From positions 21,629-85,628 of the forward strand of contig CAWEYS010000008.1 in assembly GCA_963813355.1 (NCBI GenBank): DNA of 64,000 bases, written 5' to 3'. A program made the position numbers and the translations under genes. The notes under the pieces are model-generated. The model saw only the letters and a list, made by a program, of their open reading frames with translations, was not told the DNA's origin and did not search any database. This DNA is from Miltoncostaeaceae bacterium. GTDB taxonomy: Bacteria > Actinomycetota > Thermoleophilia > Miltoncostaeales > Miltoncostaeaceae. Below are positions 42,173 through 50,668 of this stretch, one piece after another (position 1 is the stretch's first letter; every line of letters begins with the position of its first letter).

Positions 42173-44092
42173 TTAGCCGGGCGGCCGCCGGGTCATCCCT
42201 CCTCGCGCACCAGGTTCGCCATCACGACCGCCGCGTCCGCCGCGTCGGCGCCGGCGTTGCCCACCGACCCGCCCGCCCGCGCCTCGGCCTGGCCGCGGTT
42301 CTCGGTGGTGAGCACGCCGAAGGCCACCGGCACGCCGGTCTCGAGCCCGACGGCCGAGAGGCCGCTCGCCGCCGCCTGGCAGATGTGGTCGTAGTGCGAG
42401 GTCTCGCCCCGGATCACCGCGCCCAGGGCGATGATCGCCGCGTAGCGGCCGCTGCGCGCCAGGACCTTCGCCGCCAGGGGCAGCTCGAAGGCGCCGGGCA
42501 CCCAGCGCTCGTCGAGGTGGCCCTCGGGCAGGCCGGCCTCCGCCAGCCGCGCGCGGGCGCCCTCGAGGAGGCGCTCCCCGAGGTCGCGGTGGAAGCCGGC
42601 GACCACGGCCGCCATCCGGACCCGTCCCTCCAGGCGGGGCACCGGGGGCGGCGCGTCGCCCCGCGCCACTAGTGCCCCGGGCCGTGAGTTCGCAATGGAT
42701 TTCCCGAGCGAATCCCGAGCGAGGCAAGGACGCAGGTGAGGCCGATAGCGGGCCTATCGGCCGATCCGAGGACGCCGCTTCGCGACGGGATGCAGCCGGG
42801 AAATACCTGCGAAATCGCGGCCGGGGGCCGTCGGTCCGCTCCTCGGCCGACGGGTCGTCGGCGTCGAAGCGCAGGTCCTGGTGGTGCAGGATGTGCCCCA
42901 TCTTGTCGCGCTTGGCGCGCAGGTAGTCGGCGTTGTCGCCGTTGGGCTCCATCTCGATGGGGACGCGGTTGACCACCGACAGGCCGTAGCCCTCGAGGCC
43001 GACGATCTTCTTGGGGTTGTTGGTCAGCAGCCGGATCGAGCTGAGCCCGAGGTCGACGAGGATCTGGGCTCCGATGCCGTAGTCGCGCAGGTCCGGGGGG
43101 AAGCCCAGCTCGATGTTCGCCTGGACGGTGTCGAGCCCGCGGTCCTGGAGCTCGTAGGCCCGGAGCTTGTTCAGCAGCCCGATCCCGCGCCCCTCCTGGG
43201 CGATGTAGAGGAGGACGCCCTGGCCCTCCGCGGCGATCGTCCGCATCGCGGCCTCGAGCTGGGCGCCGCAGTCGCAGCGCTGGGAGCCGAAGACGTCGCC
43301 GGTGAGGCACTCCGAGTGCACCCGCACCAGGACCTCCTCGGCGCCGCTCACCTCCCCCTTCACCATCGCCAGGTGGTGCTTGCCGTCGATGATCGAGCGG
43401 TAGCCCACCGCGGTCCACTCGCCGTGCGCGGTCGGCAGCCGGGCGGCGGTGCCGCGCTCGATCAGGCGCTCGGTGCGCCGGCGGTGCTCGATGAGGTGGG
43501 CGATCGTGATGAGCTTGAGCCCGTGCTCGGCCGCGTAGGGCACCAGGTCGGGGACCCGGGCCATCGTGCCGTCGTCCTTGGCGATCTCGCAGATGACGCC
43601 GGCCGGGATCAGGCCGGCGAGCCGGGCGAGGTCGACCGCCGCCTCGGTGTGGCCGGCGCGCTCCAGCACGCCGCCGGGCTTGGCCCGCAGGGGGAAGACG
43701 TGCCCGGGCTTGACCAGGTCCTCGGGCCCGGAGTCCGGGTCGATCGCCACCATGATCGTCCGCGAGCGGTCCGGGGCGGAGATGCCGGTGGTGATGCCGT
43801 GGCGGGCCTCGATCGCCTCGGTGAACGCCGTCGCGTTGGGCGTCTCGTTGCGCCTCACCATCGGCTTGAGGCCGAGCTGGTCGCAGCGCTCCTCGGTGAG
43901 GGCGAGGCAGATGAGCCCTCGGCCGTGGGTGGCCATGAAGTTGATGGCCTCGGGGGTCGCGAACTGCGCCGCCATCACCAGGTCGCCCTCGTTCTCGCGG
44001 TCCTCGGAGTCGAGGATCACGACCATGCGCCCGGCGCGGATCTCCTCGATCGCGTCGGCCACGGTGGCGAAGCGGGCGGTGCTGCTCGTCAT
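42173..44092 (-). CDS. ribBA: bifunctional 3,4-dihydroxy-2-butanone-4-phosphate synthase/GTP cyclohydrolase II (RibBA). The ORF has no stop at the expected end.
   Basis: DSEDRENEGDLVMAAQ and RVHSECLTGDVFGSQRCDCG motifs are present. Homology and GC3 end near 42817-42838 (about 425 aa), but the frame stays open to 42173, across ribH. The coordinates given are the physical ORF. Confidence 0.85.
   Translation of the reverse strand: MTSSTARFATVADAIEEIRAGRMVVILDSEDRENEGDLVMAAQFATPEAINFMATHGRGLICLALTEERCDQLGLKPMVRRNETPNATAFTEAIEARHGITTGISAPDRSRTIMVAIDPDSGPEDLVKPGHVFPLRAKPGGVLERAGHTEAAVDLARLAGLIPAGVICEIAKDDGTMARVPDLVPYAAEHGLKLITIAHLIEHRRRTERLIERGTAARLPTAHGEWTAVGYRSIIDGKHHLAMVKGEVSGAEEVLVRVHSECLTGDVFGSQRCDCGAQLEAAMRTIAAEGQGVLLYIAQEGRGIGLLNKLRAYELQDRGLDTVQANIELGFPPDLRDYGIGAQILVDLGLSSIRLLTNNPKKIVGLEGYGLSVVNRVPIEMEPNGDNADYLRAKRDKMGHILHHQDLRFDADDPSAEERTDGPRPRFRRYFPAASRREAASSDRPIGPLSASPASLPRSGFAREIHCELTARGTSGAGRRAAPGAPPGGTGPDGGRGRRLPPRPRGAPPRGRPRAAGGGRPARGPPRRALGARRLRAAPGGEGPGAQRPLRGDHRPGRGDPGRDLALRPHLPGGGERPLGRRARDRRAGGLRRAHHREPRPGRGAGGRVGGQRRRRRGGRGGRDGEPGARGGMTRRPPG
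42193..42669 (-). CDS. ribH: 6,7-dimethyl-8-ribityllumazine synthase
   Basis: VPGAFELPLAAKVLARSGRYAAIIALGAVIRGETSHYDHI. GTG start at 42669. Confidence 0.9.
   Translation of the reverse strand: MARGDAPPPVPRLEGRVRMAAVVAGFHRDLGERLLEGARARLAEAGLPEGHLDERWVPGAFELPLAAKVLARSGRYAAIIALGAVIRGETSHYDHICQAAASGLSAVGLETGVPVAFGVLTTENRGQAEARAGGSVGNAGADAADAAVVMANLVREEG
42740..42762. other. perfect 9-bp hairpin inside the lower-GC ribBA-ribH spacer
   Basis: GGCCGATAG-cgggc-CTATCGGCC. It is flanked by imperfect inverted arms and short direct repeats. Confidence 0.55.
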
Positions 44093-44703
44093 TCGGCGTC
44101 CCTCCCGGACGGTCCGTACGGGTGCACGAGCGACTCCACGTATTTTGCCACCACGTCCACCTCCAGATTCACCGAGCGCCCGACCGCCTGGGGGCCGAGG
44201 GTCGTGACGGCCATCGTGTGGGGGATCAGGGCCACGGTGAACGCGTCGGGCAGCCGCGCGGCGACCGTCAGGCTAACGCCATCGACGGCGATGCTGCCCT
44301 TCTCGACCACGTAGCGCATCAGGGGGGCCGGGGGGACGACCTCGAGCAGGGTGCTCTCGCCCTCGTCGCGCGCCCCGCGCACCGTCCCGACGCCGTCCAC
44401 GTGGCCCTGGACCAGGTGGCCGTCGAGCCGGTCGCCCAGGCGCATCGGGCGCTCCAGGTTCACCCGGTCGCCCGGGGCGAGCTCCCCGAGCGCCGTGCGT
44501 CGCAGCGTCTCGGCGACGCAGTCCAGCGCGAACCCCCCCGCCGTCACCTCCACCGCGGTGAGGCAGGCCCCGTTGACGGCGATGGAGTCCCCCACGCGCA
44601 GCCCCTCCGCGACCGCGCCGGCCGCGACCACCAGGCGCGCCCCGGCCGCCGCGGGCCGGACCTCGGTGACCCGGCCGGCCTCCTCGATCAGCCCCGTGAA
44701 CAT
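44089..44703 (-). CDS. ribE: riboflavin synthase alpha chain
   Basis: MFTGLIEEAGRV... with an internal duplicated lumazine-binding repeat (GDSIAVNGACLT and GSIAVDGVSLT). The stop overlaps the ribBA ATG (ATGA). Confidence 0.9.
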   Translation of the reverse strand: MFTGLIEEAGRVTEVRPAAAGARLVVAAGAVAEGLRVGDSIAVNGACLTAVEVTAGGFALDCVAETLRRTALGELAPGDRVNLERPMRLGDRLDGHLVQGHVDGVGTVRGARDEGESTLLEVVPPAPLMRYVVEKGSIAVDGVSLTVAARLPDAFTVALIPHTMAVTTLGPQAVGRSVNLEVDVVAKYVESLVHPYGPSGRDAE

Positions 44704-44705
44704 CG

Positions 44706-45833
44706 CTACGCGACCCCCGCCAGCGGCCGCAGGCGGCCCGTCACGAGGAGGTCGTCGCCGACCCGCTCCACCGCGGCGCCGGCGAGCCGCGGGGCGAGCG
44801 CGAGGCTCTGGGCGCCGGCGCCGGCGATCGCCGACGGGGCGTCGCCGCCGCCGATCAGCATCGGCGCCAGGAACCACGCGACGCGGTCCACCGCGCCGGC
44901 GGCCACGAGCGCCCCGGCCAGCTCGGCGCCGCCCTCGACCAGCAGCGACTGGATGCCCCTCTCGCCCAGCGCCCGCAGGCCCGCGGCGACCCGCTGGGCC
45001 GGGCCGCCCTCCAGGTGGGCGACCTCGGCGCCGGCCGCCTCGAGCGCCGCCACGCGCTCGGGGGGGGCGCCGGCGGCGGCGAGCACGATCAGCCGCGCCT
45101 CGGGCGCGCCGTGCACGAGCGCCGAGCGCAGGGGCAGGCGGGCGGCGGAGTCGAAGACCACCCGCGCCGGCTGGCGCACGGGGCCCTCCACGTCGCGCGC
45201 CGTCAGGCGGGGGTCGTCGGCGATCGCCGTGCCGAGCCCCACGCCGACGGCGTCGTGGTCGGCGCGCCAGCGGTGGACCAGGGCGCGCGCCTCCGGGCCG
45301 GTGATCCACTGGCTCTCGCCGCCGGCCGTCGCGATCTTGCCGTCGAGGCTCGTCGCGAGCTTCAGGGTGACGTGGGGCAGGCCGGTGAGCGCCCAGGTGA
45401 GGAAGGGGGCGTTGAGCTCGGCGCACGCCTCGGCGTCGGCCCCGTTGGCGACGGCGACCTCGATCCCGGCCGCCCTCAGCACCTCGCGCCCCTGGGCGCG
45501 GTCGCGCTCGAGCGGGTCGGCGGCGCCGATCACCACCCGCGCGACGCCGGCCGCCACCAGCGCGTCCGCGCACGGCGGGGTGCGCCCGTGGTGGGAGCAG
45601 GGCTCCAGGGTGCAGACCATCGTGGCGCCGCGCGCGGCCTCGCCCGCCGCCGCGAGGGCAGCGGCCTCGGCGTGCGGCAGCCCGGGCCCCTCGTGCCAGC
45701 CCTCGGCGACCGTCTCGCCCTCGCGCAGCACCACGGCGCCGACGAGGGGGTTGGGGCTCACCCTCCCCCGGCCGCGCAGGGCGAGCTCCCGGGCCCGCTC
45801 CAGCGCGGCCCGTTCCGCCTCCGAGACGCTCAC
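44706..45833 (-). CDS. ribD: bifunctional riboflavin biosynthesis deaminase/reductase RibD
   Basis: HAEAAAL...CTLEPCSHHGRTPPC deaminase zinc site plus a reductase C-terminus. The GTG at 45833 overlaps the rpe stop (GTGA). Confidence 0.9.
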   Translation of the reverse strand: MSVSEAERAALERARELALRGRGRVSPNPLVGAVVLREGETVAEGWHEGPGLPHAEAAALAAAGEAARGATMVCTLEPCSHHGRTPPCADALVAAGVARVVIGAADPLERDRAQGREVLRAAGIEVAVANGADAEACAELNAPFLTWALTGLPHVTLKLATSLDGKIATAGGESQWITGPEARALVHRWRADHDAVGVGLGTAIADDPRLTARDVEGPVRQPARVVFDSAARLPLRSALVHGAPEARLIVLAAAGAPPERVAALEAAGAEVAHLEGGPAQRVAAGLRALGERGIQSLLVEGGAELAGALVAAGAVDRVAWFLAPMLIGGGDAPSAIAGAGAQSLALAPRLAGAAVERVGDDLLVTGRLRPLAGVA

Positions 45834-46504
45834 CCGCCCGCCAGGGCCGCCAGGGCGGCGTACTCCGCCGCCGGCTCGGCGGCCCCGAAGATCGAGGACG
45901 CCGACACGAACAGCCGCGCGCCGGCGTCGCGCACGGCCGGCAGCGTCTCGCGGGAGATGCCCCCGTCGATCTCGATCGCCACCCGGTCCGGCAGCAGGGC
46001 GCGCAGGCGCTCCGCCCGGCGCGGCGTCGCCGGGAGGAACTCCTGGCCGGCGAACCCGGGGTCGATCGCGAGCAGGTTCACGTAGTCGAGGTCCTCGCCG
46101 AGCTCGGCGACGTGCTCGACCGGCGTTCCCGGGTTGAGCGCCAGCCCCGCGAGGCACCCGGCCGCCCGGATCTCGGCCAGCAGTCGGTGCGGGTGGGGGT
46201 CGGCCTCCACGTGGACCGAGATCGCGTCGGCGGCCTCGGCGAAGAGGGGGATCACGGCGCCGGGGCGGGCGACCATGAGGTGCACGTCCACGAGGCCGCC
46301 CGCGGCGTGGATCGGCGCCGCGACGGCCCGGGCGAAGTCGGAGCCGAGCGCGAGGTTGGGGACGAAGTGGGCGTCCATTATGTCGACGTGGAAGGCGCGC
46401 GCCCCGGCGCCGATGAGCGCGTCGAGCTGCTCGCCGACGCGCAGCGGGTCGGCCGACATCAGGGACGGGAGCACCTTCCCCGCCGCGAGGGGCGGCGCGC
46501 TCAC
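45830..46504 (-). CDS. rpe: ribulose-phosphate 3-epimerase
   Basis: PSLMSADPLRVGEQL..., FHVDIMDAHFVPNL and IEIDGGI. The GTG at 46504 overlaps the rsmB stop (GTGA). Confidence 0.9.
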   Translation of the reverse strand: MSAPPLAAGKVLPSLMSADPLRVGEQLDALIGAGARAFHVDIMDAHFVPNLALGSDFARAVAAPIHAAGGLVDVHLMVARPGAVIPLFAEAADAISVHVEADPHPHRLLAEIRAAGCLAGLALNPGTPVEHVAELGEDLDYVNLLAIDPGFAGQEFLPATPRRAERLRALLPDRVAIEIDGGISRETLPAVRDAGARLFVSASSIFGAAEPAAEYAALAALAGG

Positions 46505-47832
46505 CCGGCCCTCATCCGCGCGATGAAGAACCCGTCGGTGCCGTGCCGGTGGGGCAGCGTGAGCAGGGCCTCGGGCCGCCGAGGGTGGGCCAGGCCCGGG
46601 TACTCGGCGCCGAGGTCGTCGAGCCGGGCGCCTGCCGCGTCGACCACGTCCTCGTTCTCCTCCGCGATCAGCGTGCAGGTGGAGTAGACGACCCGCGCGC
46701 CGGGGCGCGCGAGGGCGAGCGCCCGGCCGAGCACGTCGCGCTGGAGCTCGGTCAGCGGCCCGAGGGCCTCCTCGCGGCGGCGCCAGCGCGCGTCCGGCCG
46801 CGCCGAGAGCACCCCCAGGCCGGTGCAGGGCGGATCGACGAGCACGGCGTCGAAGCCGCCCGCCAGCGGCACCTCGCGGGCGTCGCCCTCCACGACCTCG
46901 ACGACGGCGCCCATGCGCCGGGCGAGCGCCCGCAGCGCGTCCGCGCGAGCCGGCCGCAGCTCGACCGCCGTGATGCGGGCGCCTCCGCGGGCCAGCGCCG
47001 CCATGTGGGTGGTCTTGGCGCCGGGGGCGGCGCAGAGGTCGAGCACCCGCTCGCCGGGCCGCGGGTCCACGATCCGCGCGACCAGCTGCGACGCCCGGCT
47101 CTGCCCCATCGCCAGCCCGCGCGCCCATGCCCGCGAGTCCTCGAGCGCGAACGCGCGCGACAGGACGTAGGCCTCGGGCACCAGCGCGTCGCGGGCCCAG
47201 CCCGGCGGCAGCTCGGCCTCGAGGCCGGCCCGCGGCCCGCGGAGCGGGTTCCAGCGCAGGGCCGACTCGGCCGGCGCGGCGGCGGCCTCCATCACCGCGA
47301 CGGCGTCGGCCTCGCCGAGCGAGGCGATGAGGCGCCGCGCGATCCAGTCGGGCATCGAGTGGCGCACGCCCGCGGCCCCGGGCCCCTCGGCGTCGAGGTC
47401 GGCCAGGAGGGCCGGGCCCTCGTCGGCGATGCGCCGCAGGACGGCGTTGACGACCCCGGCGCGCGCCGAGGCCCGCGCCTTGGGGCCGCGCAGGGCGCGG
47501 GCCTGGCGCACGGCCTGGTCGACCGCGGCGCGCGCGGGCACGCCGTCGGAGAAGGCCAGCTCGTACGCGCCGATGCGCAGGATGTCGCGGACCGCCGGCT
47601 CGAGGGCGGAGGGGCGGTCCAGGGCGCCGTCGATGAGCCAGTCGAGCGTGCGGCGGCGCTGCACGGCCCCGTACGCCAGGCGGGTCGCCTGGGCCCGGGC
47701 CCGCGGGTCGAGGTCGGCGCGCCGCGCCTCCGCCGCCAGGGCGCGGTCGGCGTACGCGCCCTCGTCGACGCGGCGCAGCACGCGCAGGGCGACGCTGCGC
47801 TCGCGCGCGATGCCGTTCGCGGCCTCAGCCAC
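46501..47832 (-). CDS. rsmB: 16S rRNA (cytosine967-C5)-methyltransferase RsmB/Sun
   Basis: NusB-like N-terminus, DLCAAPGAKTTHMAAL, DPPCTGLGV, YSTCTL. GTG 47832 is the preferred start. Confidence 0.85.
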   Translation of the reverse strand: MAEAANGIARERSVALRVLRRVDEGAYADRALAAEARRADLDPRARAQATRLAYGAVQRRRTLDWLIDGALDRPSALEPAVRDILRIGAYELAFSDGVPARAAVDQAVRQARALRGPKARASARAGVVNAVLRRIADEGPALLADLDAEGPGAAGVRHSMPDWIARRLIASLGEADAVAVMEAAAAPAESALRWNPLRGPRAGLEAELPPGWARDALVPEAYVLSRAFALEDSRAWARGLAMGQSRASQLVARIVDPRPGERVLDLCAAPGAKTTHMAALARGGARITAVELRPARADALRALARRMGAVVEVVEGDAREVPLAGGFDAVLVDPPCTGLGVLSARPDARWRRREEALGPLTELQRDVLGRALALARPGARVVYSTCTLIAEENEDVVDAAGARLDDLGAEYPGLAHPRRPEALLTLPHRHGTDGFFIARMRAG

Positions 47833-48742
47833 CGGCCGCCCCCACCTCGAGGGGCCCGCGCCACCCGCGCAGGAAGGACGCCGCCTCCATCCGTCCCCGG
47901 CCCGGCGGCTGGAGCTCGAGCAGCTCCAGCGACCCCTCGCCGGTCGCCGCCACCAGGCGGCCCTCGCCGGCGACGATCGGCGCCGGCGCGGCATCGGGCA
48001 GGGCGCGGGCCCTCCACACCTTGAACGGCTGCCCGTCGATCGCCAGCGTCGCGCCGACGTGCGGCGACAGGGCCCGGACCTGCCGGGCGAGCGCGACGGC
48101 GGGCCGGGAGAGGTCGAGGGCCCGGTCCTCGGCCGTGATCTTGGGCGCGTGCGACACGCCCTCCTCCGGCTGCGGCACGGGCCGCAGGCGCCCGGCCCCG
48201 AGATCGTCGAGCACCGCGGCCAGGAGGGGCCCGCCGAGCTCGCTGAGGCGCGCCGTGAGGGAGCCGGCGTCCTCGTCCTCGCCGATCTCGACGCGCCGGG
48301 CGGCGAGCATCGGCCCGGTGTCGAGCCCGGCGTCCATCTGCATGATCGTCACGCCGGTCTCTGTGGCGCCGTCCATGATCGCGCGCTCCACGGGAGCCGC
48401 GCCGCGGTAGGCCGGCAGCAGCGAGAAGTGGACGTTGATGGAGGGCCAGCGCGAGAGCACCGCGTCGCGCAGGATCTGCCCGAAGGCCACGACCGCGAGC
48501 GCCTCCGCGCCCGAGCCGGCGATCTCCTCGATCACGGCGGGGTCGTTGATGGTCCGCGGCCGCAGCACCCGGATGCCGAGGCCCTCGGCCGCCGCGGCGA
48601 CGGGGGTGGGCGACGGCCGCCCCGAGCGCCCCCGCGCCTTGTCGGGCTGGGTGACCGCGACCGTCACTTCGTGGCCGCCGGCGACGAGCGCGCGCAGCGG
48701 GGCCACCGCCGCCTCCGGGCTGCCCGCGAAGGCCACCCTCAT
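47825..48742 (-). CDS. fmt: methionyl-tRNA formyltransferase
   Basis: MRVAFAGSPEAAV... and SLLPAYRGAAPVERAI (equivalent to the HxSLLPxxRG block). Confidence 0.9.
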   Translation of the reverse strand: MRVAFAGSPEAAVAPLRALVAGGHEVTVAVTQPDKARGRSGRPSPTPVAAAAEGLGIRVLRPRTINDPAVIEEIAGSGAEALAVVAFGQILRDAVLSRWPSINVHFSLLPAYRGAAPVERAIMDGATETGVTIMQMDAGLDTGPMLAARRVEIGEDEDAGSLTARLSELGGPLLAAVLDDLGAGRLRPVPQPEEGVSHAPKITAEDRALDLSRPAVALARQVRALSPHVGATLAIDGQPFKVWRARALPDAAPAPIVAGEGRLVAATGEGSLELLELQPPGRGRMEAASFLRGWRGPLEVGAAGG

Positions 48743-49296
48743 CCGCTCGCCCCTAGCCTTCGTCGCGCAGCGCCCGGAGGGCCTCCCGGCGCTGCTCCGG
48801 CGCCGTGCGGTCGAGGATCAGCACGCCGTCGAGGTGGTCGAGCTCGTGCTGGATGACGCGGGCTCTCGAAGCCCTCGGGCTCCAGCGCGATCGGGCGGCC
48901 GGCCACGTCCTGCGCCTCGACCCGGATCGCCACGGCGCGGGCCACGTCCACCGAGACCTCGCCGATCGAGAGGCAGCCCTCCGAGTCGACCTCCGACTCC
49001 TCCGAGCTCCAGGTGATGCGCGGGTTGCAGAGGGCGACGATCTCCTCGCCCTCGTCGCCGGTCCGCACGACGACGAGGCGCCGCAGCGACCCGAGCTGGG
49101 GGGCCGCGAGCCCGACGCCGCGGGCGTCGGTCATGATGGCCGCCATGCGGTCCGCCTCGTCGGCCAGGGCCTCGTCGAACTGGGTGATCTCGAGCGCGGG
49201 CGCGCGCAGCACGGGGTCGCCGAACTGGCGGATGAGGCCGAGCGCGGCGAGCCGCCGGCGCTCGAGGACAGGGTCGTCGAGTGCGCGCGAGGACAC
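48739..49296 (-). pseudogene. def: peptide deformylase with a 1-nt frameshift between motif 2 and motif 3 (or assembly error)
   Basis: Motif 1 GVGLAAPQ and motif 2 EGCLS are in frame. After ...EPEGFE (about 48864) the listed frame turns into low-GC3 Arg/Pro nonsense. The +1 frame reads [39 protein letters not shown] (stop 48753..48755) with near-100% GC3. Confidence 0.8.
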
Positions 49297-49336
49297 GCTT
49301 CGACTCTAGCAGCGCCCGGCTCGCGCGCCCCCTCCC

Positions 49337-50668
49337 TCAGAGGCTCGCGGCGTACCTCGCGGGGTCGTCCCCGCGGCCGCGGATCAGCACGACGTGGCCG
49401 CCCAGAGCGCGCAGCGCCCAGCGGTCCATCGTCCCGACGATGTCGATCGGCGACGCGACGATCAGGCCGATCTGCGCCCCGTCGTCCTCGAGCGGCTCGA
49501 CCCACATGCCGGGGCCGGAGAGCGCGTCGGCGGCGGCCGCGAGCTCCTGGGCGCCGCCCGGCACCGACACGACCCGCAGCTCGCCGACGTCGGCGGCGGC
49601 CGCGGCCGCGACGCCGCCCAGGCCGGGCAGGTCGTCGGCGGCCGCCGGGTGGGCGGGCAGCTCGCGGCCGCCCGGCGCGGGCACCGTGAGCGGCGGCTCG
49701 GTGACGACCGTCGGCAGCGGCGCCTGCGGGCGGGCGTCGTCGCCGCCGCCCAGGGTCAGCGCCACCCCCGTCGCGGCGCCGGCGGCCGCGAGGGCCACGA
49801 TGGCCGCCACCGCGACCGGCCTCGCGGCGCGGCGGGCCCGGCGGCCGGGCCGCGCGCCCCCGGCCCGGAGGGAGTCGACCAGCGCGCGGGCCGTCGCGGG
49901 CCGCTCGCGGGGGTCCTTCGCGAGGCCGCGCCGGAGGGCCGCGTCGATGCCCGCCGACAGGCCGGGACGCAGCGTCGAGGCCCGCGGGGCGGGGCGGTTC
50001 ACGTGGGCGAAGAGGATCCCCGGGGTGCCGTCGGCGCGGAAGGGCGGCCGCCCCGTCAACGCCTCGAACGCCACCGCGGCGAGGGCGTAGCGGTCGGACG
50101 CCGGGCCCGCCGGGCGCCCCTCGATCACCTCGGGGGCCAGGAAGCCGGCGGTGCCCACCAGCAGCCCCTCCGCCGTCATGGCGGTGGCGTCGAGCCGCCG
50201 CGCGATGCCGAAGTCGGCCAGCCACGGGCCCGCGGGGTCGAGCAGCACGTTGGCCGGCGTGACGTCGCGGTGCACCAGGCCGGCGGCGTGGGCGGCGTCG
50301 AGGGCGTCGGCGACCGGCCCCAGGAGCGCGGACGCCTCGACCGGGTCGAGGGGGCCGCCGGCCAGCCTGCCGGCGAGGCTCCCGCCGCGGGCGAGGGCCA
50401 TCACCAGGAAGCCACGGCCGTCCTGCTCGCCCGCGTCGTGGATCGGGACGATGTGCGGATGGCGCAGCGCCAGCAGCGCCTCGCACTCACGCCGGAAGCG
50501 CACCCGGAAGGAGGGGTCGGCCCAGATCTCCCGGTGCACCAGCTTGAGGGCGGCGGGGCGCCCCAGCGCCGAGTGGCGGACGCGGTAGACCGCGGCCTGG
50601 CCGCCTCCCCCGATGCGCTCGACCAGCTCCCAGGGGCCGATCGTCCGGCCCTGGAGGGTCGCCGTCAC
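49337..50668 (-). CDS. membrane-anchored Ser/Thr protein kinase with an uncharacterised extracytoplasmic domain
   Basis: GGGGQAAVY...ALK, HRDVTPANVLL, DFGIAR, GTAGFLAPE. One TM span (VAVAAIVALAAAGAATGVALTL). The GTG at 50668 overlaps the upstream stop (GTGA). Confidence 0.85.
   Translation of the reverse strand: MTATLQGRTIGPWELVERIGGGGQAAVYRVRHSALGRPAALKLVHREIWADPSFRVRFRRECEALLALRHPHIVPIHDAGEQDGRGFLVMALARGGSLAGRLAGGPLDPVEASALLGPVADALDAAHAAGLVHRDVTPANVLLDPAGPWLADFGIARRLDATAMTAEGLLVGTAGFLAPEVIEGRPAGPASDRYALAAVAFEALTGRPPFRADGTPGILFAHVNRPAPRASTLRPGLSAGIDAALRRGLAKDPRERPATARALVDSLRAGGARPGRRARRAARPVAVAAIVALAAAGAATGVALTLGGGDDARPQAPLPTVVTEPPLTVPAPGGRELPAHPAAADDLPGLGGVAAAAAADVGELRVVSVPGGAQELAAAADALSGPGMWVEPLEDDGAQIGLIVASPIDIVGTMDRWALRALGGHVVLIRGRGDDPARYAASL

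Noticed and set aside
42670-42870. FMN (RFN) riboswitch or a tRNA-like element in the ribBA-ribH spacer. Fragments such as GGGAAATCC, CAGGTATTTCCCGG and CGAATCCC caught my eye.
   Set aside because: I could not align the conserved RFN core (GGGGCAGGGTGAAATTCCC...ACCGGCGGT...CCGACAGT...GGATG) on either strand. There is no cloverleaf or acceptor stem. I kept it only as an unexplained structured spacer.
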